A DNA stretch of 64,000 nucleotides from an uncultured Bacilli bacterium (GTDB lineage: Bacteria; Bacillota_I; Bacilli_A; RF39; UBA660). Each line of letters begins with the position of its first letter. The stretch's first letter is position 1. Location of the stretch: assembly GCA_944329425.1 (NCBI GenBank), contig CALVIG010000003.1:51460-115459 (forward strand), given 5' to 3'. The notes beneath the pieces are model-generated. The model had not been told where the DNA came from and did not search any database. It saw only the letters and a list, made by a program, of their open reading frames with translations. A program made the position numbers and the translations under genes. Shown one piece after another: positions 42,056 to 51,079 of the stretch.

Positions 42056-42191
42056 AGAACCCGCTAGCTATAAGTCATTATACATAAAAGATAAATTAGT
42101 TGAAAAAATAGAGAAAATAGCAATTGAAAACAATACTTCATTCAATAATGTTATTATATCAATGATAGAAACATGCCTAAAACAAAAGTAA
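42051..42191 (+). pseudogene. Start-less remnant ORF with ribbon-helix-helix-like C-terminus at the left edge of the element
   Basis: Frame NKEPASYKSLYIKDKLVEKIEKIAIENNTSFNNVIISMIETCLKQK* has no usable start codon. A terminator hairpin follows at 42187-42220. Confidence 0.3.
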
Positions 42192-42428
42192 GACTCTTTA
42201 TAATTGATGTCTTACTTTTTAAATTTTAGAAATATTTATTAGTTTATCTACTAGTTTTTATAAACAGCATAAGATATTTTAAAATATATATTTTTTAAAG
42301 ATTGTTTTGTGATATTTTTATTATTTTTCTAATATAAAAATAACATTTACTTTTATATTAGAAAGATATATAATAACACCCAAAAAGGAGCAATGCGTTT
42401 AATTATAATTATATTGGTATAAAGTCTT

Positions 42429-42660
42429 AGATATTGAGTAGTACATCTAAACACTTTTACTTTTGCAGTAAATGTTTGTGGCATTGTAGTGGGTGTGCTA
42501 CTATGATTATAGAGTTTTATTTTTTTGATTTATTTTTTTATATAAATCTCGGATGCGTTTTTGTTAATAAAATCCCATCAGGGATTTTTTTTGTGCAATT
42601 TTATTTAGCACGAGCACCGCCTTTCTGTAAAAAAAAATTATTTTTACGGAAAGGAGTTTA
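42429..42660 (+). promoter_or_regulatory. Conserved leader upstream of sigma-like regulator copy A (paralogous to 54777-55011)
   Basis: About 85 nt are roughly 80% identical to copy B (AGATATTGAGTAGTACATCTAAACACTTTTACT ... GGGTGTGCTACTATG). This is followed by a terminator-like hairpin plus T-run (42570-42593), the shared CACCGCCTTTCT box and a second hairpin abutting the RBS. Confidence 0.4.
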
Positions 42661-42661
42661 A

Positions 42662-43147
42662 ATGAATATACCTAGGAGACGAAAAAGTAAGGATAATCCT
42701 TATACCTTAGGCGTTAATAATGAAGGTAAGTACTTAGTTTCATTTAAAAATGCTAATAATTATAAAGTGTGTATTGAAGTTAGTTATTTAATTTATAAAA
42801 CATTAAACGAATTTGAATTAAAAGATTTATCTCAGTTAAATGAATTTGATAGACATATAGAACATCTAGATTTAATGGAAAATGATGAAATTCTATATAA
42901 AAGAATTATAAAAAAAGAGTTATCTATTGAAGAAATAGTTAATATTAAAATTTCTAAAGAAAATTTAATTTATGCTATAAATAAACTTTCTATAAATCAA
43001 AAAACAAGAATAATGAAATACTATTTTGATGGTAAAACAGAAAGTGATATTGCTTTGGAAGAAAATGTGACACAGCAATCTGTTCATATAGGTTTAAAAC
43101 GAGCAATAAAAAAATTAAGAGAAATTTTAAAAAGTTTAGAAAAATAG
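42662..43147 (+). CDS. Sigma-70 region-4-like HTH regulator (small alternative-sigma/late-activator-like protein), copy A
   Basis: 161 aa. C-terminal MKYYFDGKTESDIALEENVTQQSVHIGLKRAIKKLREILK fits the sigma-70 region 4 HTH pattern. About 50% identical to the ORF at 55012-55491. Confidence 0.55.
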   Translation: MNIPRRRKSKDNPYTLGVNNEGKYLVSFKNANNYKVCIEVSYLIYKTLNEFELKDLSQLNEFDRHIEHLDLMENDEILYKRIIKKELSIEEIVNIKISKENLIYAINKLSINQKTRIMKYYFDGKTESDIALEENVTQQSVHIGLKRAIKKLREILKSLEK

Positions 43148-43180
43148 TCTGTTATTTTTCATTTTAGTGAGGAAATAGGT

Positions 43181-43245
43181 GAAGGGATATATATCCCTTT
43201 TGCCTATCTTTATTAATTAGGTATGATCTTTGACAACTTAATATT
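43181..43245 (+). promoter_or_regulatory. Conserved terminator hairpin plus TTGACA-containing 21-nt box downstream of sigma-like copy A
   Basis: Hairpin GAAGGGATATATATCCCTTT, then GATCTTTGACAACTTAATATT. The same arrangement, nearly identical, occurs at 55531-55611 after copy B. It lies about 80 nt upstream of the tail-collar gene. Confidence 0.4.
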
Positions 43246-43323
43246 ATTAATTTAAAAATGTCTAGTGAAATTCCAGTAGAAAAAATTTTATGATGAAGCT
43301 GTTAAAGAAAGGAGAATGATATT

Positions 43324-44466
43324 ATGAATTTAACAGAACAAACTGTAAGTGGAACCAATGAAGTTAGCTTACAAGATTCACTTAATGCTTCTTTATTGAA
43401 GTTAAAAGTGACAATGGGTGCAAATACAGTAGCACCAGAAGATACAGATTGTTTTATCTATGTAGATAAAGCGTCTAGTGCAAATCCTACGGAAGAAAAG
43501 AAAAGTTATCTTTTTGAACTTTCAGAACCATTAAGATATTGTAATGGAGTAGGAGATGAGTTATTACAAGAAATAAAAATTGTAAATAACGATGTTGTAA
43601 TGAAAACAACGGTAACAAGAAAGGTAGGAGTATCTGAAGATGGTACTTTAAGTGTTTTAGAAACACCTACAACAGAGGAGATTGATGCATATCCAGTTAC
43701 TTTATTTGAAGGAATTAATTATATTTATACTAATTATTCAAATGCGGATATTGAATTAATATATCCAAAAGATACTGATGAAAACAAAATGTTTTTAAAC
43801 AATGCCATTTATTGTAATCACAAGTTAAAAAATGATGGTGAATTTTCGCTTGATGATATTTACTTTAAAGACGCATTTACTAAAACAGAAGATAAATTAA
43901 ACCTAGAAGTAAATAATGCTTCAGTTGATTGTATTACTTCGAATAATAATAAATTTAGCTTAGATAGTGAAGGTAATTTAATTGTTAATTCAATTACTAC
44001 TGCGCAAGGGTCACAAGGCTCTTCATCTGATAATGAAACAATATGTAATTTGATATATCCAGTTGGTAGTATTTATATGTCTGTTAATAGTACTGATCCA
44101 ACAACTTTATTCGGCGGTACATGGGAACAGTTAAAAGATAGATTCCTACTTGGAGCTGGTGATTCCTATGGAAACGGAGCAACCGGTGGAGAAGCAAACC
44201 ATACATTAACTATTAATGAGATGCCAAGCCACACTCACACTCAAAATCCACATACACACAGTGTTAGAGCAAAAGGGTTTAATGGTACTTCGAACTTGAA
44301 TGGATATTATATGCTACGTAGAAATAGAAATGATGATAGCTATGATGATGTCGATCCAAATGCAGCTATGAGTGCAACAGCAACTAACCAAAATACTGGT
44401 GGAGGAGCAAGTCATAATAATATGCCACCATACTTAGTAGTATACATGTGGAAAAGGGTATCTTAA
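43324..44466 (+). CDS. Phage tail-collar (receptor-binding fibre tip) domain protein
   Basis: C-terminal PVGSIYMS...LFGGTWEQL...RFLLGAG...GGEANHTLTINEMPSHTHT...HNNMPPYLVVYMWKR is the tail-collar/MdpB-type domain. The N-terminal part is fibre-like. Confidence 0.6.
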   Translation: MNLTEQTVSGTNEVSLQDSLNASLLKLKVTMGANTVAPEDTDCFIYVDKASSANPTEEKKSYLFELSEPLRYCNGVGDELLQEIKIVNNDVVMKTTVTRKVGVSEDGTLSVLETPTTEEIDAYPVTLFEGINYIYTNYSNADIELIYPKDTDENKMFLNNAIYCNHKLKNDGEFSLDDIYFKDAFTKTEDKLNLEVNNASVDCITSNNNKFSLDSEGNLIVNSITTAQGSQGSSSDNETICNLIYPVGSIYMSVNSTDPTTLFGGTWEQLKDRFLLGAGDSYGNGATGGEANHTLTINEMPSHTHTQNPHTHSVRAKGFNGTSNLNGYYMLRRNRNDDSYDDVDPNAAMSATATNQNTGGGASHNNMPPYLVVYMWKRVS

Positions 44467-44855
44467 TGATAACCCTTCCCATTAAGGATCATTTAATTAT
44501 GCGAGCACTTAATAATTATTCTAATACTGTTTATGAACTTAATATTTTAAAAAGAAGATTAAATTTACTTGTAAATTATGAATCCGAAATTGCTTTGGAA
44601 AAAAATAGGTTAATAAATTTAATAGATAACGAACAACAGGTGATAAAGCAAATGGAAAATGATTTACAAAATTTATCTGGTATTGAAAATAAACTGTATT
44701 ATGAAATTGTTATTAATGGTACTAACGTAACAAAGGCAATAGATAAAGTAGCAACAAATGAATTTATTGATACTTCAACTTTATGGAAAAATTATTATCC
44801 TAAAGTAAAAAAAGAAATAGATAAATTATATCTACTATTATCTAAAGAAAATTAA
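44448..44855 (+). CDS. Hypothetical protein (possible fibre chaperone/accessory), translationally coupled
   Basis: Overlaps the 3' end of the previous gene. 135 aa. No recognisable family. Confidence 0.35.
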   Translation: MEKGILMITLPIKDHLIMRALNNYSNTVYELNILKRRLNLLVNYESEIALEKNRLINLIDNEQQVIKQMENDLQNLSGIENKLYYEIVINGTNVTKAIDKVATNEFIDTSTLWKNYYPKVKKEIDKLYLLLSKEN

Positions 44856-44875
44856 ATATAGAAAGGAGATTAGCA

Positions 44876-47800
44876 ATGAAAGAAATAGAGTTAATTGGAA
44901 AACGAAAAGCAAGAGAAAAACATTTCTTAAAAGAAAATGGAATAATAACAGCTAATGTCTATGATGAAGATATTCATTTTTTAAAAGATGGAAAATATGA
45001 AGAGATTGATAATACACTTATTGAGGAAAATGGCTATTTAGTAAATAAAAATAATGCGTATAAAGTTTCTTTTGCAAAGAAAAGTAAAGATGAACTAATG
45101 GAAATGAGTATAGGTAATAATTATATTAAAACAATGTTGGTTTATCAAAAAGAAGTGGATTTAAAAGAAAATATTACTCAGTCCAAACTTCACAAAAACG
45201 TATGTTATCCTAATATAATAGAAAATGTTGATTTAGAATATAATATTATGCCTGGAAAGGTAAAAGAAGCAATTATATTAAAAAATAAAAATGTTGATTT
45301 AGAAAAATTAGTTTTCATAATTGAAACAAACACAAAATTAGAATTAAAGGAAAATAAAAAAATTATTTCAACGGTAGACAATAATAATTGTTTCGAATTT
45401 GACGCACTTTATATGATAGATGCTAACTTTAAAACAAATAATAATATTAATTATAAATTAACTAAAAGAGATGATGATATATATCAACTTGAATTAATTG
45501 TTGACAAAGAATGGTTAAATAATGAAGAAACAAAATATCCAGTAATAATTGATCCAACAATAACAAATTCCGGTCAGAACAATAGTGTCTATGATACTTA
45601 TATTTATCCTGGTGATACTGGAGTTGATAGAAATAGTCAAGATATTTTAAAAGCAGGGGTTGAAAGAATTGATGGCGTTGATAGGGAAAATAGAACGTTA
45701 ATAAAATTTGATTTGCCTGTAATAGGTACCGGTAGTCAAGTAATAGGTGCCAATTTACAGTTATATGGTTATCCAAAAATACCTTCAGATAGTGAAACAG
45801 ATTTGTTGTTGGCTCATAGAATCACCACAAATTGGGATGAAAGTACTGCTACATGGGATAATATGAATGACAAATTTGATCCGTTGGTTGAAGGTTTAAT
45901 ATTTGTTGGAAGAGGATACTATGATTTTGAAAACGAAACTATTCATCCATTTAATTGTGGTGGTGATATTACTAGATTAGTGAGAAAATGGTACACAGGA
46001 ACGCCTAATTATGGTATTATGTTGAAACAAAATCTATTGAAGTATAATGCAAATATATTACCAGCATTTTATTCAAACAATAATAATTCTACTGGTATAA
46101 ATCCTAAGCCTGTATTATCTATATCATATAGAAATCAAAATGGAATAGAAAATTATATGAATTATCAGACAAAAGGTTTTTATGATGGCGAAGCATATGT
46201 CAATAACTATAATGGAAATTTGACCACAATATTTGATATTGGTTCAACAATAAGTGGAAAAATGCCAATTGGTTTAAATCTTATATATAATACAAATGAT
46301 GTTGTGTTAGAAAAAAATTATGGTTATGGATTAGGGTATAAATTAAATTTACACCAAACTATAAAAGAACAACTTATTGATTCTAAAACATATTTAGAGT
46401 ATTGTGATGAAGATGGTACTTTACATTATTTTTTAAATGAAAAAGCTATGTTTGATGAAAATGGTTATAATATCATTAATACACAAAACATTTATTATGA
46501 TGAAGATGGGTTGGATATGACTATAACAAAAAATAGTAATAGTTATGTGCTTAAAGATAAAAATGGAAATACTATGACATTTATTAAAAATGGTGATAAA
46601 GCATATTTAACTAAGATAGAAGATGTTAATGGTAATAAAAATACTATTGAATATAGTCCTGAGAATGCAATAGTAAAAATAATAGATGCTAATGATAATG
46701 AAATAAATTTAGAATATGGTGCAACTACAATAACTATAATAAGTCCAGAACAAACAGTTACTTTAAGTTATTTAAATAACCAAGTAGTCAGTATAAATAG
46801 TTTAACAGGAATAACTCAATTCGAATATAATGCAAATAATATTATATCTAAAATTATTGATATTGATGGTATGAAAACTACTTATGATTACTATGATCAA
46901 AAACCATACAAAGTAAAAAAAGTATCTGAATATGGTGCTGAAAATACTTTGGGAGAATATTTTGAGATGTTGTATGATTTTGATTCTACAACTATAGTAG
47001 ATTCAAAAGAAAACGCAAAAAATATTATATTTAATTCTCAAGGTAGTGTAGTATCAATTAGTGGTTTGAAGGATAAGGATGATATAAAAAATTCGTATGG
47101 GCTTAGCCAAATAAATGGCACATCTGGAATTACCATTAATAATGGAAACAATAATAAATTATTAAGAACAGAGATACCACTTAAATATGTTAAAAATTTA
47201 TTATCTAATACAAGTTTTGAAAAAAATGTAATTAATTTTACTAGTACAGAAGATGTTAATATGATTATAACTAATGAAACCTCGGAAACAGGTGCTAATA
47301 GTTTAAAAGCTACTAGTACAATTAATAATCAAGCATTAACACAAAGTATAGATGTAGAAAAAGGTGATTATTATACATTTAGTAGTTATATTAAAAATAC
47401 TGGTGATGTTAAATTAATTCTTAGTTACTTTGACAAGAATGGGATTATTATTCAATCTCAAAGTGAATTAATAAAGCCGAGTGATGTTTTTGAAAGATAT
47501 GATGTAACAATAAAGTATCCTGAAGATGCAACAAGTAATTTAACTTTAAAAATAATTTTAGAAGATGCTGGAACAGTATATGTTGATGATGTACAGTTGG
47601 AAACCGGTGAAGTTGCAAATAATTATAATTTATTAGAAAATTCAGATTTTTCTAATGGTTTCTCTGATTGGGAGGTTTCAGCTAGTGATAATTTAACAGG
47701 TGATTTATTATCTATAAATGATGTATTTGAAATTGTTTCTTTGCCAGACAATTTAAACGCACTTAAAATAAAAATGAATCCTGCTTATAATTATATTATG

Positions 47801-50800
47801 GAAAAAACATATAATATAAGTGGAAAAGGCGGAGATGTATTTAATCTTTCATTTTGGTATAAAAATGAAGGTGTAGATTCAGATTTATCAGAGTATTATG
47901 GAAGCAGACCATATATTATTTTTCATTATACAAATCAAGAAGATGGACATTGCATTATTCCTACACCGTTACTTAATATAAATGATCAATCATGGCAATA
48001 TGTTTCGAATGATTTTACTGCTGAAAAAGATTATAGTTCTATTACGATTAGTATTCAACATCAATATACTGCAAATGATTTTTATATTACAAATATGAGT
48101 TTATTTAAAGATATAAGAAATGTTTATTATGAGTATGATGAATTTGGAAATGTAATATTAGAAAAAAATTTAGATGATAATAGTAATAAATATAATTATG
48201 ATAAAGATAATAAATTGATTCAGATGACTAATCCAAAAGGCAAAAATTTTACTATTGAATATGATAATATTTTTAAAAATAGGACTATCAATGGTATGAC
48301 TGATATGGGGGTATCTAATCAATTAAAATATGACAATAATAATAATCCAATTATATCTAGGGTTCAAAAAAATAATATTATAGGTGATATAACAGATGGT
48401 TTATATAAAATAAGATTAAAGGGAAGCGATATATATTTAAGAAATATATCAAATGATATTAAATGTAAATTAGAAAACTGTAACCATGATATATGGAAAT
48501 TAGAAAAGATAGATGAATATGTTAAAATCCATCACTCTATTCTTACTGATAAATATTTTACTGTTCAGAATAATAATATTATTTTATCAAATGAAAATGG
48601 AGATAATTCACTATTTAAGTTGAAGAAAAATAAAAACGGAAGTTATTCTATAAAATTAAAACTAGAGGATAAATACTTAAAATATAATAATTCAGGAATA
48701 GAAATATCAACTTTGATAGATGAAGATTACAGTTTTGAATTTTATTTTGAAACTGTAGATTGTGATTTATTTATTGAAAATAAAGCGGAGTATACAGAAA
48801 ATGGTGCGTTTATAAGTCGAATAATTGATTCATTAAATCATTCTTATAATTATGAAATTGATCAGGAAAAAGGTTTGACTAAATCAGAAACAAACGAAAA
48901 AGGTATTAAAACTAATTATAATTATAATTCTAAAAAGAAACTTATTTCATCTATATGCAACGATAAAAGTGTATTTTATGAATATAATGATAAAAATTTG
49001 TTAAGTAAAGTTAAGCATGGTAAGAAAGAATATAATTTTATTTATGATGAATTTTCTAATGTTAAGACAATAAAAATGGGTAATAATATTAGGCTTATTA
49101 CATATAATTATGATACAAATGGAGATTTGATTTTATTAGATTATGGGAATGAAGGCTCTCTAAATTATGAGTATGACGAATTTTCTAGATTAAGTAAAAA
49201 AACTAAAGAAAATGATACCTATGAATATAAGTATAATGGAAGTGGAGATTTGGTAAAAATTTTATCAAATAATTACATAACTAAATATACTTATGATTTA
49301 GCTAAAAGATTGAGTAAATATAATTTTGATGATTTTATAATTAAATATAAATATGACTCAAATGAAAATATAACGAATATTAAGTATAGTTTGGGTAGCA
49401 TAAATAATGAAATAATAAATACTTTTAATGATGATGATTTGATAATTAATACGTCATTTTCAAATAAAAAAATAAATTATACCTATGATTTACTAGGTAG
49501 ATTAAAAAGTGAAAAAATAAACAATATATATGAAACAAGTTATGAATATATAGAGAATGGAAAAAATACTTCTACTCTATTGAAAAAGCTTAAAACAGGT
49601 AATAATATATATTCATACAAATATGATAAATTAAATAATTTAACGCATGTTTATTATAATGACGACTTATTAACTAAATATTATTATGATGACTATAATC
49701 AGCTTATAAAGGAAATCGATTTTGAAGATAAAAAAATTATAAAATATAAATATGATAATGTAGGTAATATGTTATACAAAAAAGTATATGCTTTGGATAC
49801 CTATGACTTTATTACCCAAGATATATATTATTACAATAATGATGATTGGCAAGATCAATTAACTTCGTTTAATAACACCGCTATTACTTATGATGAAATA
49901 GGGAATCCATTAACTATAGGTAATAATATTAATCTAAACTGGATTAATGGTAGAGAACTAGAAACTTATAATGATGGTACTAACCTAATTTCGTATAAAT
50001 ATAATTCTGAAGGTATAAGAATAAGTAAAAAGGTGAATAACACGGAAACGAAATATTATTTAGAGGATAATGATATAATATTTGAAAAGAGAGGAAATAA
50101 TGTGCTATACTATTTACGTAATGATATAGATGATTTGTTTGGATTTATGTATAATAACGATTTATATTATTATGTAAAAAATAATAAGAATGATATTGTA
50201 GGTATATTAGATAACAGTTATAATATAGTAGCTAAGTATAAATATGATTCTTGGGGAAAAGTAATTTCTATAACTGATAGTCAAGATAACGATATATCAA
50301 ATAATGTTAATAATATAGGAAATATAAATCCGTTTAGATATAGATCTTATTATTATGATTCAGAAACTAAATTATATTATTTAAATAGTAGATATTATAA
50401 TCCGGAATGGAAAAGATTTATTAATCCTGATTCTTATGCTGGACAAATTGGTGGAAATATATTACTTCACAATATATATATATATTCTTTAAATAATCCT
50501 ATTTTATATAGCGATGAAAGTGGTAATATAGTAGGATTAACATCAGTAGCTGCGGGTGTGTTATACGCTTTTGGAATTGCTGTATTTAAAGCTTCTGTGT
50601 ATGTAGCTGTTAGTGGTTTAGTTGTTGGGGGCTCTATTTATGTGGGAAAAGCCATATCCAATAATAAAAGTAAATCAAAATCAAAGACGAAAGCACAAAG
50701 TAAATCTAAAATAAAAACTGCTGTGGCTGCAAAAGCAAAAACTAGTACAAAAAAATATTCGAACAACAATAAGCCATGTACAGAAGCCTATTTTACAAAA

Positions 50801-51079
50801 GATATGAGAGATGTTGTACGTGGTGAAAGATTAACAATTGAAGAAACAATTGCAAAAGTTAATGCTAAGGGAAATGTTATGTGTGATAATTATTGGCCCG
50901 CTAAAGAAGTTGCTACTGCCATTTCTCCAAATCCAATATGTGAAATAAATAGCATTCAGCATAAAGGATATAAATATTACTATCACTTTCATCCAAATAG
51001 AGATACTTATAAGGATGTACATATATTCTTTGAAGGATTACCATTAGAATTTTTTGAAGGGAAGGGAAATTGTAGATGA
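44876..51079 (+). CDS. Rhs/YD-repeat polymorphic toxin (2067 aa): DNRLRE-like domain, CBM-like and ricin-B-like lectin modules, YD repeats, RHS core, variable C-terminal toxin domain
   Basis: RBS GAAAGGAGA. Dozens of YD-type repeats (e.g. YKYDSNENITNIKY, YTYDLLGRL). RHS core end motif FRYRSYYYDSETKLYYLNSRYYNPEWKRFINPD...NIYIYSLNNPILYSDESGN. N-terminal region with DNRLRE-like segment (DRENRTLIKFDL). No signal peptide. Confidence 0.85.
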   Translation: MKEIELIGKRKAREKHFLKENGIITANVYDEDIHFLKDGKYEEIDNTLIEENGYLVNKNNAYKVSFAKKSKDELMEMSIGNNYIKTMLVYQKEVDLKENITQSKLHKNVCYPNIIENVDLEYNIMPGKVKEAIILKNKNVDLEKLVFIIETNTKLELKENKKIISTVDNNNCFEFDALYMIDANFKTNNNINYKLTKRDDDIYQLELIVDKEWLNNEETKYPVIIDPTITNSGQNNSVYDTYIYPGDTGVDRNSQDILKAGVERIDGVDRENRTLIKFDLPVIGTGSQVIGANLQLYGYPKIPSDSETDLLLAHRITTNWDESTATWDNMNDKFDPLVEGLIFVGRGYYDFENETIHPFNCGGDITRLVRKWYTGTPNYGIMLKQNLLKYNANILPAFYSNNNNSTGINPKPVLSISYRNQNGIENYMNYQTKGFYDGEAYVNNYNGNLTTIFDIGSTISGKMPIGLNLIYNTNDVVLEKNYGYGLGYKLNLHQTIKEQLIDSKTYLEYCDEDGTLHYFLNEKAMFDENGYNIINTQNIYYDEDGLDMTITKNSNSYVLKDKNGNTMTFIKNGDKAYLTKIEDVNGNKNTIEYSPENAIVKIIDANDNEINLEYGATTITIISPEQTVTLSYLNNQVVSINSLTGITQFEYNANNIISKIIDIDGMKTTYDYYDQKPYKVKKVSEYGAENTLGEYFEMLYDFDSTTIVDSKENAKNIIFNSQGSVVSISGLKDKDDIKNSYGLSQINGTSGITINNGNNNKLLRTEIPLKYVKNLLSNTSFEKNVINFTSTEDVNMIITNETSETGANSLKATSTINNQALTQSIDVEKGDYYTFSSYIKNTGDVKLILSYFDKNGIIIQSQSELIKPSDVFERYDVTIKYPEDATSNLTLKIILEDAGTVYVDDVQLETGEVANNYNLLENSDFSNGFSDWEVSASDNLTGDLLSINDVFEIVSLPDNLNALKIKMNPAYNYIMEKTYNISGKGGDVFNLSFWYKNEGVDSDLSEYYGSRPYIIFHYTNQEDGHCIIPTPLLNINDQSWQYVSNDFTAEKDYSSITISIQHQYTANDFYITNMSLFKDIRNVYYEYDEFGNVILEKNLDDNSNKYNYDKDNKLIQMTNPKGKNFTIEYDNIFKNRTINGMTDMGVSNQLKYDNNNNPIISRVQKNNIIGDITDGLYKIRLKGSDIYLRNISNDIKCKLENCNHDIWKLEKIDEYVKIHHSILTDKYFTVQNNNIILSNENGDNSLFKLKKNKNGSYSIKLKLEDKYLKYNNSGIEISTLIDEDYSFEFYFETVDCDLFIENKAEYTENGAFISRIIDSLNHSYNYEIDQEKGLTKSETNEKGIKTNYNYNSKKKLISSICNDKSVFYEYNDKNLLSKVKHGKKEYNFIYDEFSNVKTIKMGNNIRLITYNYDTNGDLILLDYGNEGSLNYEYDEFSRLSKKTKENDTYEYKYNGSGDLVKILSNNYITKYTYDLAKRLSKYNFDDFIIKYKYDSNENITNIKYSLGSINNEIINTFNDDDLIINTSFSNKKINYTYDLLGRLKSEKINNIYETSYEYIENGKNTSTLLKKLKTGNNIYSYKYDKLNNLTHVYYNDDLLTKYYYDDYNQLIKEIDFEDKKIIKYKYDNVGNMLYKKVYALDTYDFITQDIYYYNNDDWQDQLTSFNNTAITYDEIGNPLTIGNNINLNWINGRELETYNDGTNLISYKYNSEGIRISKKVNNTETKYYLEDNDIIFEKRGNNVLYYLRNDIDDLFGFMYNNDLYYYVKNNKNDIVGILDNSYNIVAKYKYDSWGKVISITDSQDNDISNNVNNIGNINPFRYRSYYYDSETKLYYLNSRYYNPEWKRFINPDSYAGQIGGNILLHNIYIYSLNNPILYSDESGNIVGLTSVAAGVLYAFGIAVFKASVYVAVSGLVVGGSIYVGKAISNNKSKSKSKTKAQSKSKIKTAVAAKAKTSTKKYSNNNKPCTEAYFTKDMRDVVRGERLTIEETIAKVNAKGNVMCDNYWPAKEVATAISPNPICEINSIQHKGYKYYYHFHPNRDTYKDVHIFFEGLPLEFFEGKGNCR

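Noticed and set aside
42434-42661. 75-aa ORF covering the conserved leader of sigma-like copy A (and the analogous 54831-55019 ORF for copy B)
   Set aside because: The two leaders are conserved at nucleotide level, but the encoded peptides are in different frames and dissimilar. The region contains terminator-like hairpins and T-runs. It is better explained as a regulatory RNA/leader than as coding.
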